The notes beneath the pieces are model-generated. The model was not told the DNA's origin and searched no databases. It saw nothing but the letters and a program-made list of their open reading frames with translations. A DNA stretch of 64,000 bases from an uncultured Gammaproteobacteria bacterium (GTDB lineage Bacteria > Patescibacteriota > Microgenomatia > Levybacterales > UBA12049). This document shows positions 28,444 through 38,549 of this stretch, in pieces (position 1 is the first letter of the stretch; every line of letters starts with the position of its first letter). The stretch covers positions 131,676 to 195,675 of the forward strand of contig CAYQEE010000001.1 of the NCBI GenBank assembly GCA_964416445.1, written 5' to 3'. Position numbers and translations under genes: made by a program.

Positions 28444-29857
28444 ACATATTCATTTTATTGGTATAAAAGGAGTAGGAATGGCTCCACTCGCAATTATTGC
28501 AAAGGAAGCTGGATTTCAAGTCTCTGGATGTGATGTCGCTGATTCGTTTATTACTGATACGCCCTTGCGAACAGCTGGCATACATCCACTGGTTGGATTC
28601 CATCCATTACATTTGAAAGGTGTCGATCTTGTTATAACAACGGGAGCACATAACGGGAAGAATAATCCTGAGGTATTGCAAGCAGATAGACTGCATATCC
28701 CAATTCGTATGCAAGGTCAAGCAGTTGGTGAGTTTATGAAAGGTGACTTGTTTCATAGAAAGTTAAAGGGAATATCGGTTGCCGGTTGTCATGGTAAAAC
28801 GACTACGACTGCTTTAGTAGCAACACTTTTAAAAAACGGGCAGTATGATCCTTCGTTTGTTATTGGAACTGGAGAAATTCCCTCGCTTGGAGGATCTGGT
28901 CATTATGGTCATGGTGATTACTTTATTGCAGAAGCCGATGAATATGCTACCGATCCTCAGGGTGATCGAACTCCAAAGTTTCTTTGGCATCATCCGGAGA
29001 TTGCTATTATTACGAATATAGAATTTGATCATCCAGATTTGTATAAAAATATCGAACAAACTGAAAATGCTTATGCTCAGTTTGTGAAAAATATCCATTC
29101 GAATGGTGTGCTTATCGCGAACGGAGATGATGAACATGTGCGAAAAATTCTGAAAAATGTTTCATGTAGAACTACACTTTTCGGTTTTAATTCGAATAAT
29201 GATTATGTTCTACAAAATATCCGCATTCGTGACAGGAAGACATTTTTTACTCTTTCAGATAAAAAAGGATTTGATCAAGAATTCGCCGTCAATGTTATTG
29301 GTACTCATAACGCATTTAATGCAACCGCTGCACTTTTTGTCGCGAAAGAGGTAGGTATGTCGGACAGTGATATCCAGTCGGGATTATTTTCCTTTCATGG
29401 AACAAAAAGACGATTTGAATATAAAGGAAAGCTTGTTTCTGGTGCGCTTCTCTATGACGATTACGCCCATCATCCGACAGAAATTCAGGCAACTCTTGCG
29501 GCGCTGCATGCAGCTCACCCAAGCAGTAACATTGTCGCTATTTTCCAACCGCATACCTTCAGTAGAACTAAAATAATGTTCGATGATTTTATTAACTCAT
29601 TTTCTGATGCACGGATTGTTTTGCTAACTCAAATATATGCCTCAAAACGCGAAGCTCCTGATGGATCCATTTCTTCAGAAATGCTTGTTGCAGCCTTGCA
29701 AAAGGCAGGCAAAAAGGTTGTTTTTGTACCACAGCTCAACGATGTGGTAGAATACGTACACAAACAACATTGGGATGAATCCTATTGTCTTATTACCTTA
29801 GGCGCAGGAGACATCTATAAAATAGAAGATCAATTAACCAAAGAAGAACTGCTTTAG
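28424..29857 (+). CDS. murC: UDP-N-acetylmuramate--L-alanine ligase
   Basis: 'HFIGIKGVGMAPLAIIAKEAG' is the MurC Rossmann N-domain. The P-loop 'GCHGKTTTT' is present. Full three-domain length of 477 aa. Confidence 0.85.
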   Translation: MEKKNIKHIHFIGIKGVGMAPLAIIAKEAGFQVSGCDVADSFITDTPLRTAGIHPLVGFHPLHLKGVDLVITTGAHNGKNNPEVLQADRLHIPIRMQGQAVGEFMKGDLFHRKLKGISVAGCHGKTTTTALVATLLKNGQYDPSFVIGTGEIPSLGGSGHYGHGDYFIAEADEYATDPQGDRTPKFLWHHPEIAIITNIEFDHPDLYKNIEQTENAYAQFVKNIHSNGVLIANGDDEHVRKILKNVSCRTTLFGFNSNNDYVLQNIRIRDRKTFFTLSDKKGFDQEFAVNVIGTHNAFNATAALFVAKEVGMSDSDIQSGLFSFHGTKRRFEYKGKLVSGALLYDDYAHHPTEIQATLAALHAAHPSSNIVAIFQPHTFSRTKIMFDDFINSFSDARIVLLTQIYASKREAPDGSISSEMLVAALQKAGKKVVFVPQLNDVVEYVHKQHWDESYCLITLGAGDIYKIEDQLTKEELL

Positions 29858-29863
29858 CCTATT

Positions 29864-31192
29864 ATGGACATATTTAAAGTGACCGGTGGTATACCGTTAC
29901 GAGGAACAACATCCGTTTCAGGTGCCAAGAACGCTGCATTGAAAGCCGTTGTTGCAGCGTGTTTAACGTCTGAAGAAGTTATCATTCATAACATTCCGCT
30001 GATTTCAGATTTTTACTATATGGTAGACATTATGAAGCTTTTGGGAGCTTCCGTTGTTATAAAAGACCATACCGTTCATGTACGCATGAAAAAATTTCAT
30101 CGATCGACCATTCCTCTTGATATTGCCGCTCAAATGCGAACTTCCGCAATGTTTATTGGCCCGCTCCTCGCTCGTACGGGGAAAGCATTAATACCCAATC
30201 CTGGAGGGTGTCGGCTTGGAGCACGTCCCATAGATCGAACAATTAATGGGGTGCGACATTTGAATGCAAAAATTGCTTATAACAGCGAAGACGGTTATTT
30301 TCATGCACAAACAAGAAAACTCAAAGGTACAATGTATACTTTTGAAAAGAACACCCATGTCGGTACAGAAACGATGATTATTGCGGCAGCCCTTGCAGAA
30401 GGTAAAACAATACTGAAAAATGCCGCAGAAGAGCCTGAAATTGATGATCTGATTGAACTATTAAATAATATGGGTGCAAATGTGATGCGTACCGCAAAAA
30501 GAGAAATAACGATTGTTGGGGTAGAAAAGCTTCATGGAGCTACCATTACTATTCACCCTGATCGTAATGAAATTGTTACTTTTGCCATTGCTGCTATTTT
30601 AACAAAAGGTGATATTTTTATTAATGACGCACATACCGTCGATTTACAAGCGTTTCTTACTGCAGTAGATCAAGCAGGTGCAGGATACGAAAAAACAGAG
30701 AAAGGAATTAGATTTTATGCAAAAGATACAATTCAAGCAACGAATTTGACAACGTCAGTATATCCAGGATTTATGACGGACTGGCAAGCGCCATGGGCAA
30801 TTCTTATGACTCAAGCACAAGGGACATCAACAATACATGAGACAGTATTTGAAAATAAGTTTGGCTACATTTATGATTTACGAAAAATGGGTGCTCATAT
30901 CGATTTTTACAATCCTCAAGTTCAAAATCCTGAAGCAGTGTATAATTTTAATTTATCAGATGATCGACCTGATTATTATCATGCTATCAAGATTTTTGGT
31001 CCAACCAAGCTGCATAATGCGATAGTCACGATGATTGATATTCGCGCAGGAGCCGCTGTTGTATTAGCTGCATTAGCTGCAAAAGGTACGTCGACAATTT
31101 TTGGTATTGAAAAGCTTGATAGAGGATATGAAAAATTTGAGAAACGATTACGAAGTCTTGGTGCAAAAGTAAAACGAATGAGACAACCATGA
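29864..31192 (+). CDS. murA: UDP-N-acetylglucosamine 1-carboxyvinyltransferase
   Basis: 'MDIFKVTGGIPLRGTTSVSGAKNAALKAVVAACL' is the canonical MurA N-terminus. Size is 442 aa. Confidence 0.9.
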   Translation: MDIFKVTGGIPLRGTTSVSGAKNAALKAVVAACLTSEEVIIHNIPLISDFYYMVDIMKLLGASVVIKDHTVHVRMKKFHRSTIPLDIAAQMRTSAMFIGPLLARTGKALIPNPGGCRLGARPIDRTINGVRHLNAKIAYNSEDGYFHAQTRKLKGTMYTFEKNTHVGTETMIIAAALAEGKTILKNAAEEPEIDDLIELLNNMGANVMRTAKREITIVGVEKLHGATITIHPDRNEIVTFAIAAILTKGDIFINDAHTVDLQAFLTAVDQAGAGYEKTEKGIRFYAKDTIQATNLTTSVYPGFMTDWQAPWAILMTQAQGTSTIHETVFENKFGYIYDLRKMGAHIDFYNPQVQNPEAVYNFNLSDDRPDYYHAIKIFGPTKLHNAIVTMIDIRAGAAVVLAALAAKGTSTIFGIEKLDRGYEKFEKRLRSLGAKVKRMRQP

Positions 31193-31920
31193 AAGATAAC
31201 ATTGCAGCAATTATTCTTGCAGCGGGAAGAGGTAAACGAATGGAATCAACTGATAAAAATAAAGTTGTCTTTCCTTTAAAAGGAAAACCAATGATTGCGT
31301 ATACTATTCGTTTACTTAACGAGTTGGATATTTCTGAAATTATCGTTGTTGTGGGTTTTGCAAAAGAATCAGTGTATGAAGTATTAGGAACATCTGTACA
31401 GTATGCTGAACAAAAAGAACAGCGAGGAACAGCGGATGCGGTATGGGAGGGTCTAAAAAAAGTATCTGATTCGGTATCACATATTTTGGTATTGAATGGT
31501 GACGATTCTGCATTCTACACGAAAGAAGTAGTACAAGCGCTTATAACAAAGCATATTCATTCTTCGGATGTCATAACATTATTGACAACAAAACGAGAAA
31601 ATCCATATGGAATTGGAAGAATAGTCAGGACAAAAAACAAAAAATTAGTTAAAATAGTGGAAGAGAAGGATGCAAGTGAAGAAGAAAAAATGATAACTGA
31701 AGTCAATGTTGGGTGTTATCTCTTTACAAGTTCGTATCTTAAGAGAGCGCTTCCCAAATTAGAAAAAAGTTCTATCACCGGCGAGTATTATTTAACAACG
31801 TTGGTTGATATGGCGCTGCAAGAAAAGTTACCAGTTGAAACAGTTACTGATCCGAATTTACGATGGCATGGAATCAATACGAAGGAAGATTTACAAAAGG
31901 CAGAAACCTATTTTATGTAA
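31189..31920 (+). CDS. GlmU-like N-terminal sugar nucleotidyltransferase domain, as a stand-alone gene
   Basis: 'AAIILAAGRGKRMES' is the G-x-G-x-R NTase motif. At 243 aa it matches the GlmU pyrophosphorylase domain only. Confidence 0.6.
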   Translation: MKDNIAAIILAAGRGKRMESTDKNKVVFPLKGKPMIAYTIRLLNELDISEIIVVVGFAKESVYEVLGTSVQYAEQKEQRGTADAVWEGLKKVSDSVSHILVLNGDDSAFYTKEVVQALITKHIHSSDVITLLTTKRENPYGIGRIVRTKNKKLVKIVEEKDASEEEKMITEVNVGCYLFTSSYLKRALPKLEKSSITGEYYLTTLVDMALQEKLPVETVTDPNLRWHGINTKEDLQKAETYFM

Positions 31921-31926
31921 TAGATC

Positions 31927-32568
31927 ATGAATAATACATTTGCGCCAGAGCACTATTTTGATTTAACAAATTGTACATTTGCTGATATCTTTCAAGGGAA
32001 AGAAGCAGTATGGGAAGTTTTAGGAAATTTGGGAGACTTCTTACAAAAACAATTTACCGACAAAAAGATCATTGCGAATTATAAGGATAGTACCAACATT
32101 TATGTCGGTGAAGGAACGATTATTGAAGAAGGCGCGTATATTAAAGGTCCAGCAATTATTGGAAAAAATTCATTTATTGGTCATGCCGCTTATTTACGGC
32201 AAAATTGTCTTTTTGATGATGATGTCTCAATTGGACATGGAAGTGAAGTAAAAAATAGTATTGTCTTTTCCCATTCTGCAATTGCTCATTTGAATTATAT
32301 TGGCGATAGTATATTTGGACACAATGTTAATATCGGTGGTGGAGCGAAAACAGCTAATTTCCGATTAGATGGAAGGACGATTCCTGTTAGAGAGGGAGAT
32401 AACAAGATTGATACGGGGCTCACGAAATTTGGAGCGATTTTGGGTGATGAAACAAAAATAGGAGTTAATGCTGTTTTGAATCCGGGAACTATTCTTGGAA
32501 AACGAGTCCATGTTTTTCCTCTCAAGCTGGTATTTGGAACCCATGGTGAGGGAACAGTTATTAAATAA
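31927..32568 (+). CDS. Left-handed beta-helix (hexapeptide-repeat) acyltransferase, probably the separated GlmU acetyltransferase half
   Basis: Hexapeptide repeats are visible, for example 'IGDSIFGHNVNIGGGAKTANF'. It begins 6 nt after the NTase gene. Confidence 0.55.
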   Translation: MNNTFAPEHYFDLTNCTFADIFQGKEAVWEVLGNLGDFLQKQFTDKKIIANYKDSTNIYVGEGTIIEEGAYIKGPAIIGKNSFIGHAAYLRQNCLFDDDVSIGHGSEVKNSIVFSHSAIAHLNYIGDSIFGHNVNIGGGAKTANFRLDGRTIPVREGDNKIDTGLTKFGAILGDETKIGVNAVLNPGTILGKRVHVFPLKLVFGTHGEGTVIK

Positions 32569-32572
32569 GTAT

Positions 32573-33256
32573 ATGAACCATTACCAGAAAAAAATTATAT
32601 TGTTTGATATTGATTATACATTATTTAACGCACAACACTTTCGCGAATCATTTATGCAACTCCTTGCAAATAGAATTCCCCATAGCAATAAAAATGAATT
32701 ACTTACCATACTTCAGGAAGTATACGATGAAGAAAAAATGAAAACAAGTTTTTTTGATCCTCGATCGTTTTTAGCGCTTCTTGAAAAAAGAATACCTTAT
32801 TTATCAGATAAAAATTTACTTGAGAAAGCAATTATGAATGAAGCGTTACTTGAAGAAGCATTGTACAAGGAGTCAAAAGAAGTTTTGTCTTTACTTGCTA
32901 AAAATAACGATGTTTTGTTAGGAATATTTTCTTGGGGTAATATTCCTGTTCAAAAAGCAAAAATTAAACTCCTTGATGCATATTTTCATCGTGAACATAT
33001 TCATATCGTTGAATTTGATAAAAAAAATGCATTGCCTAATATATTAGCAAAATATCGTAACTGGGACATTTATCTGATCGATGATTATCAGGAGGTGTTG
33101 CTAGAGGCTAAAAAACTGTTGCCTGAAATTCATACCATTTGGATCAAACGTCCTGAAACAGAAGGGAAACGGGAAATATTTGATTATTTCACCCCAGATA
33201 GTATAATAAGGTCCTTGTCGGAGATTATTCCGTATTTTCAAGGTAAACAACGATAA
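32573..33256 (+). CDS. HAD-superfamily hydrolase; start at the internal ATG at 32573
   Basis: The DxDxT motif 'ILFDIDYTLF' lies near the N-terminus. The longer track ORF would overlap the previous gene by 74 nt. Confidence 0.55.
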   Translation: MNHYQKKIILFDIDYTLFNAQHFRESFMQLLANRIPHSNKNELLTILQEVYDEEKMKTSFFDPRSFLALLEKRIPYLSDKNLLEKAIMNEALLEEALYKESKEVLSLLAKNNDVLLGIFSWGNIPVQKAKIKLLDAYFHREHIHIVEFDKKNALPNILAKYRNWDIYLIDDYQEVLLEAKKLLPEIHTIWIKRPETEGKREIFDYFTPDSIIRSLSEIIPYFQGKQR

Positions 33257-33257
33257 T

Positions 33258-35018
33258 ATGTGTGGAATTTTTGGTTATGTTGGTCATAGAAGAAATGCTC
33301 CTCAAATAATTTTTGAAGGATTAAAAGTGTTGGAGTATCGCGGATATGATTCATGGGGGATTGCGGTAAAAGTAGGCGAAACGATCTCAATTGAGAAACA
33401 TGTTGGCAAAATAGGAGAAACGAAAATATCCTTGCCAGAAAGTTCGATTGGAATAGGTCATACAAGATGGGCTACTCATGGAGGCGTCACTATCCAAAAT
33501 GCGCATCCTCATCTTGATTGTACAAAAAAAATAGCAGTACTTCAAAATGGTATCGTTGAAAATTATCAAGAATTAAAAGATGAATTAATTGCAAGAGGTC
33601 ATATCTTTTTCTCTGAAACAGATACGGAAGTGATTGCTCATCTCATTGAAGACTATGCAAAGCAAGAAGAATTTTCATATGCTGTTCGCGATGCGTTTAA
33701 TCGATTAAAAGGATTAAATGCAATTCTAGTGATTAATACAAAAGGATCGGAAATAATTGTTGCAAAAAATGGTTCTCCACTCGTAATTGGTATTGGAGAA
33801 GATGAATTTTTTGTAGCATCTGATATTGTTGGCATATTGCCTCATACGAGACAAGTTATTTTTCTTAAAGACAACGAGATGGCAGTATTAGGAAGACAAA
33901 TGAACGTCTATACGCTTCCTCAAGGGACAAAACAGGAACCACAAATTGAAACAGTTAACTGGAAAATTGAACAGGCAGATAAAGGTACCTATCAGCACTT
34001 TATGTTTAAAGAGATACATGAGCAACCAACCATTGTTCGTAATATTGCACAAACATATAGTGATCAAGTGGTTGATTTAGCACAGGTAGTAAGCAATGCA
34101 AAAGGTACTTTTTTTATTGGTTCAGGAACAGCGTTTCATGCGTGTCTTGCAGGCGTTTACTTGTTTTCGAAAGTTTCTAAGAAACACGTGAATACGGCAC
34201 CAGCTTCTGAATTTAATTATTTAGAGGATTTCCTTACTCCAGAAAGTTTAATTGTTGCTTTATCGCAGTCAGGAGAGACAATTGATGTCATTGAGCCACT
34301 TACCCGTGCTAAAGGAAAAGGTAGCGCTATTGCGGGTTTGGTAAATGCTCTAGGATCAACTATTTATCGAATGGCAAATTATAAAATGCTTCTTGGTGCA
34401 GGACCCGAAAAGGCAGTTGCTTCAACCAAGGCATATATTGCAAAGCTTTCAGTTCTGTTTATGTTGGCATATGCTGTTTCGGGAAAAATTTCAAAAGCAC
34501 AAGAGCTATTATTACTCGCTGCTGATGAAATTCAACGGATATTGGAACCAGAGAATTTAGAAAATTTGAAAGAAATTGCCAAAGTATTAGCATCAGTAAA
34601 TCATATTTATACTATTGGTCGAGGAGTATCATATCCGACCGCGTTAGAGGCTGCTTTAAAAATAAAAGAAGTGAGTTATATTCATACAGAAGGATTAGCA
34701 GGGGGAGAACTAAAACATGGGCCAATTGCTCTTATTGACAAAGGAACTCCGTGTTTTGTTTTTGCTCCTGAAGACGATACTTATGATGCCATTATCTCGA
34801 ACGCTACTGAAATTAAAGCACGAGGAGGAATTATGATTGGTGTTTCTTCTAAACGAGCGAGAGTATTTGACCACTTTATAGAAGTAAAGGATGTTGGACT
34901 TGCGTCAATTATTACGCAAAATATTCCTGCACAAATCATTGCCTATTACCTTGCATTAGAGAAGGGACTTGATCCAGATAAACCTCGAAATTTAGCCAAA
35001 AGTGTAACAGTGAAATAA
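33258..35018 (+). CDS. glmS: Glutamine--fructose-6-phosphate aminotransferase (isomerizing)
   Basis: The N-terminal nucleophile 'MCGIFGYVGHR' is followed by two SIS domains. Size is 586 aa. Confidence 0.9.
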   Translation: MCGIFGYVGHRRNAPQIIFEGLKVLEYRGYDSWGIAVKVGETISIEKHVGKIGETKISLPESSIGIGHTRWATHGGVTIQNAHPHLDCTKKIAVLQNGIVENYQELKDELIARGHIFFSETDTEVIAHLIEDYAKQEEFSYAVRDAFNRLKGLNAILVINTKGSEIIVAKNGSPLVIGIGEDEFFVASDIVGILPHTRQVIFLKDNEMAVLGRQMNVYTLPQGTKQEPQIETVNWKIEQADKGTYQHFMFKEIHEQPTIVRNIAQTYSDQVVDLAQVVSNAKGTFFIGSGTAFHACLAGVYLFSKVSKKHVNTAPASEFNYLEDFLTPESLIVALSQSGETIDVIEPLTRAKGKGSAIAGLVNALGSTIYRMANYKMLLGAGPEKAVASTKAYIAKLSVLFMLAYAVSGKISKAQELLLLAADEIQRILEPENLENLKEIAKVLASVNHIYTIGRGVSYPTALEAALKIKEVSYIHTEGLAGGELKHGPIALIDKGTPCFVFAPEDDTYDAIISNATEIKARGGIMIGVSSKRARVFDHFIEVKDVGLASIITQNIPAQIIAYYLALEKGLDPDKPRNLAKSVTVK

Positions 35019-35020
35019 CT

Positions 35021-35713
35021 ATGACAAAAACCATTGTTATTCTTCATGGTTGGAGACTAACAGGGCAAAAATATCAAAATATCCAGAAAATTTTTGAGCA
35101 GCATGGTTTTACTGTATATTCTCCTGATTTACCGGGAAGTGGATCTGAAAAATTAACCAAACCGATTATGAAAATAGATGATTATATCGATTTTGTGGTT
35201 GACTATTTCCAAAAACATACTATTAAGAAAGCTATTGTTATTGGTCATTCATTTGGGGGAAGAGTTGGTGCAAAACTTGCTGCAACACATCCAGAATTGG
35301 TCGAAAAATTAATTCTCACTGGTGCACCATTAATAAAACAACAGTTGCCATTTCGTAAAAAAGTACTTGTTTATTTTGCTAAATTTGTTAAAAAGATAGT
35401 TATAGCAAAAAAAATGAGAAAATTACTGTATTATATTCTTGGCGAGTGGGATTATTATAAAACAACTCCTGAAATTCGTGAAACGTTTAAAGCAATCATA
35501 GCTGAGGATATTGCACAAAATCTTTCTCAAATCACCGTACCCACTTGTATTATTTGGGGTGGTGAGGATACATTTGTTGGCAAGTCGTTAGGTCGGCAAA
35601 TTGCTAGTCAAATTCCAGGTTCAACATATAAGGAAATTCCTCATGCAACGCATAAACTGCCTTATGAATATCCAGAAAAGTTCGCAGGGAGTGTTTTATC
35701 ATGGGTGCAGTAA
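35021..35713 (+). CDS. Alpha/beta-fold hydrolase
   Basis: 'IVILHGW' together with the nucleophile elbow 'GHSFGG'. Confidence 0.65.
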   Translation: MTKTIVILHGWRLTGQKYQNIQKIFEQHGFTVYSPDLPGSGSEKLTKPIMKIDDYIDFVVDYFQKHTIKKAIVIGHSFGGRVGAKLAATHPELVEKLILTGAPLIKQQLPFRKKVLVYFAKFVKKIVIAKKMRKLLYYILGEWDYYKTTPEIRETFKAIIAEDIAQNLSQITVPTCIIWGGEDTFVGKSLGRQIASQIPGSTYKEIPHATHKLPYEYPEKFAGSVLSWVQ

Positions 35714-37317
35714 CCATTGCTTCGTATTTCCACACTATTGTTTTCGGGGCCTTTATCCTTTGGGTACTAAGGAATGTCCTTTTTTGGGTTGGTTTGTGGC
35801 AAGATAAAGAATATCGATTAGATAGATTAGTGGTTCATTTGACAGAAACCGTACAAGGGAGACATGTATTTACTTCATGGGGTAATAGATTAAAATGGTT
35901 ATTTTTTTTAGGATATATCTTTGTTGCTTTCTATGATACCTATGCGACCTGGTATGAATTATTGCTCGGATTATTCTTTATTCTCCAAGCATTATTTATT
36001 ATCAAAGATGGATGGTATCATCGGATAAAACGTCCAGTTTTTACTTCCAAAGCACTTGTCCTCATTGTGCTGAGTCTATTATTTATAAGTGTTTTTTTGA
36101 TTTACCCGCTGATGAATACTTTCTTTTGGTTATTATTTGTCGACCGAACACTCCCTTTTGTTGTTGCACTTTTTGTCTTTTTTATGGCATTTCCGACAGA
36201 GGTTGCCGAAGATATTAAAATTGGCAATGCAAAAAAAAAGATGCAGCGGTTAGAAAAAATATTGGTTATTGCGGTAAGCGGTAGTTATGGGAAAACATCA
36301 ACAAAAGAGTATATTGCACAGGTACTATCGCATAAATACAAAGTTGTTAAAACACCTGGATCAAATAATACTCCTGTTGGTATAGCAAATACGATCTTGC
36401 ACAAAATACATAATGATACGGAAGTATTTGTGGTTGAAATGGGTGCTTATAAACTCGGAGAAATTGCCGAATTAACTCAAATTGTTGCTCCATCAATCAG
36501 TGTTACTACTGCTATCAGTGATCAACATATATCTCTCTATGGAAGTTTACAAAATGTTATTAATTCTGAATATGAACTCATTCACGCGTTACCAAAAAAT
36601 GGTTTGGCATTGTTTAATGGGAACAGTAAAAATATAGAAAAACTTTTTGATCGAGCAAAAATTGAGAAGGTGTGGTATCAAGTATTTACTCGAAAGCCAA
36701 AAGACAATCCGCGAATTGGAGCATATCATGTTCAAGCGAGTATTCGCGGAGTAACGTTTACTGCATTGTTACATGGAAAAGAATTCTTGTGTAAAACACC
36801 ATTGTTTGGTGTCCATGTGGTTGAAAATATTTTACCTGCTCTATTTTTAGCAGATCGTTTAGGATTTAGCAAAAAAGAAATGAGTAAAGCAATAGCAGAA
36901 TTGCAACCTCCTGCACAAACGATGATCAAACGTGAGTTGCGCAATGGTGCGTTTGCAATGGATGACACATTTAATGCAAGTCCTGAGTCGGTTTTTTCAG
37001 CAATGGATTTTTTAAAGCTTTCACCGAAAAAGAAAATATTTGTCTTAGCTCCTCTTACCGAACTTGGCAGTGAAGCAAAAAAAAGACATTTTCAGGTAGG
37101 AGAAAAAGCAAGCGGAATATGTGATTTCTTATTTTTACTCAACAGTAATTTTTCATCTGAAATCTCGAAAGGCGTTATTGAAGGAAAGGGAACTTGTCAC
37201 GTACAAATTGCTCGGCCTGAAGAAATAGCAAAAATCATTGCAAAACTTACGAAAAAAGGAGATATGATAATCTTTGAAGGAAAAGAATCAAAAATGGTTA
37301 TGAATAAATTATTATGA
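35701..37317 (+). CDS. MurF-like UDP-MurNAc-pentapeptide synthetase catalytic and C-terminal domains, fused to a ~190-aa N-terminal polytopic membrane domain
   Basis: MurF motifs: 'AVSGSYGKTSTKEY', 'GSNNTPVGIANTIL', 'VVEMGAYKLGEIAEL', 'MDDTFNASPESV'. The first ~190 aa have about 5 hydrophobic helices and replace the usual MurF domain 1. Confidence 0.65.
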   Translation: MGAVTIASYFHTIVFGAFILWVLRNVLFWVGLWQDKEYRLDRLVVHLTETVQGRHVFTSWGNRLKWLFFLGYIFVAFYDTYATWYELLLGLFFILQALFIIKDGWYHRIKRPVFTSKALVLIVLSLLFISVFLIYPLMNTFFWLLFVDRTLPFVVALFVFFMAFPTEVAEDIKIGNAKKKMQRLEKILVIAVSGSYGKTSTKEYIAQVLSHKYKVVKTPGSNNTPVGIANTILHKIHNDTEVFVVEMGAYKLGEIAELTQIVAPSISVTTAISDQHISLYGSLQNVINSEYELIHALPKNGLALFNGNSKNIEKLFDRAKIEKVWYQVFTRKPKDNPRIGAYHVQASIRGVTFTALLHGKEFLCKTPLFGVHVVENILPALFLADRLGFSKKEMSKAIAELQPPAQTMIKRELRNGAFAMDDTFNASPESVFSAMDFLKLSPKKKIFVLAPLTELGSEAKKRHFQVGEKASGICDFLFLLNSNFSSEISKGVIEGKGTCHVQIARPEEIAKIIAKLTKKGDMIIFEGKESKMVMNKLL

Positions 37318-38549
37318 AACGAGTAAATGCTATTGGGTTATCACCAAATACGAGCATGCGCGATGTTCTTATTGCCTGCAAACAAATGATTAACCCACGA
37401 ACCTATCAAAAAGGCCCTGCGATAACCACTATCGAAAAATGGTTTCTCTCGTATTTTCAGGTAGGATCTGCGGTTTCGTTTTCTCATGGACGAACTGCAC
37501 TCTATGCGATCATGAAAGCGCTTGAAATTGGAAGAGGTGATGAAGTTATTTTACAAGCGTTTACTTGTGTAGTTGTTCCTAATATGATTGTTGCTTTGGA
37601 TGCACAACCAATTTATGCGGATATTACGAAAAACTTGACGATAGATCCTCGTGATGTTGAAAAAAAAATTACCAAAAAAACAAAAGCAATTATTGTACAA
37701 CATACGTTTGGTATTCCTGCAGATATGGAGGCACTTATGGCCATTGCAAAGAAACATAAGATATCGCTTATTGAAGATGTTGCTCATACCATTGGAGGTA
37801 CCTATAAGGGGAAAAAATTGGGAACGTTTGGTATAGCAAGTATTTTTAGTTTTGGAAGAGATAAAGCATTCTCCTCGGTATTTGGAGGAATTGCCATTAC
37901 GAATGATACCGATCTTGGAGAAAAATTGCGAAATTTTCAAAAAAATATTCCTTTTCCATCAAAACAATGGATAGCACAACAACTCTTTCATCCGATTGCT
38001 TTTTCCGTTATTTTGCCTACATATAATTCGGGGTTTGGAAAGCTTATCCTTGTTGTGTTGCAGAAATTACATTTCTTATCCTTTCCAGTAAGTCGTGATG
38101 AGCGAAAGGCACTCTTTTCTCAATCATTGCTGAAGCGATTTCCTAATGCTCTTGCGATACTTGCATTGCAACAACTTGAGCAGCAAGAAAAATTTAATTC
38201 AAAAAGAATAGCAATTAGCCAAAAATATCAAGAAGTATGCCAAGTGAAAGGTATTTCGATTATGAGCAATGAACGATATCCTTACCTTAGATTTCCTCTT
38301 CGAGTAGCAAACCCCCAAGCAATGCGCTCATTTTTTAAAGCGAAAAGGAATATTTATTTAGGCGATTGGTATGCACATGTTCTTGATCCCAGAGGGAGTG
38401 ATTTTACAGCAGTTTCCTATACAAAAGGATCTTGTCCTGTCGCTGAAGCTATTGCCTGTCAAATTATCAACTTGCCAACATACCCATCGATGTCAGACAA
38501 TGATGTGACTGAGGTAATTGATCTCCTCAAACAATATGATACAAATTAA
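37314..38549 (+). CDS. DegT/DnrJ/EryC1/StrS-family PLP-dependent sugar aminotransferase
   Basis: Family motifs 'ILQAFTCVVVPNMI', 'IIVQHTFGIPADM' and 'SFGRDKAF' (PLP lysine region). Confidence 0.75.
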   Translation: MKRVNAIGLSPNTSMRDVLIACKQMINPRTYQKGPAITTIEKWFLSYFQVGSAVSFSHGRTALYAIMKALEIGRGDEVILQAFTCVVVPNMIVALDAQPIYADITKNLTIDPRDVEKKITKKTKAIIVQHTFGIPADMEALMAIAKKHKISLIEDVAHTIGGTYKGKKLGTFGIASIFSFGRDKAFSSVFGGIAITNDTDLGEKLRNFQKNIPFPSKQWIAQQLFHPIAFSVILPTYNSGFGKLILVVLQKLHFLSFPVSRDERKALFSQSLLKRFPNALAILALQQLEQQEKFNSKRIAISQKYQEVCQVKGISIMSNERYPYLRFPLRVANPQAMRSFFKAKRNIYLGDWYAHVLDPRGSDFTAVSYTKGSCPVAEAIACQIINLPTYPSMSDNDVTEVIDLLKQYDTN

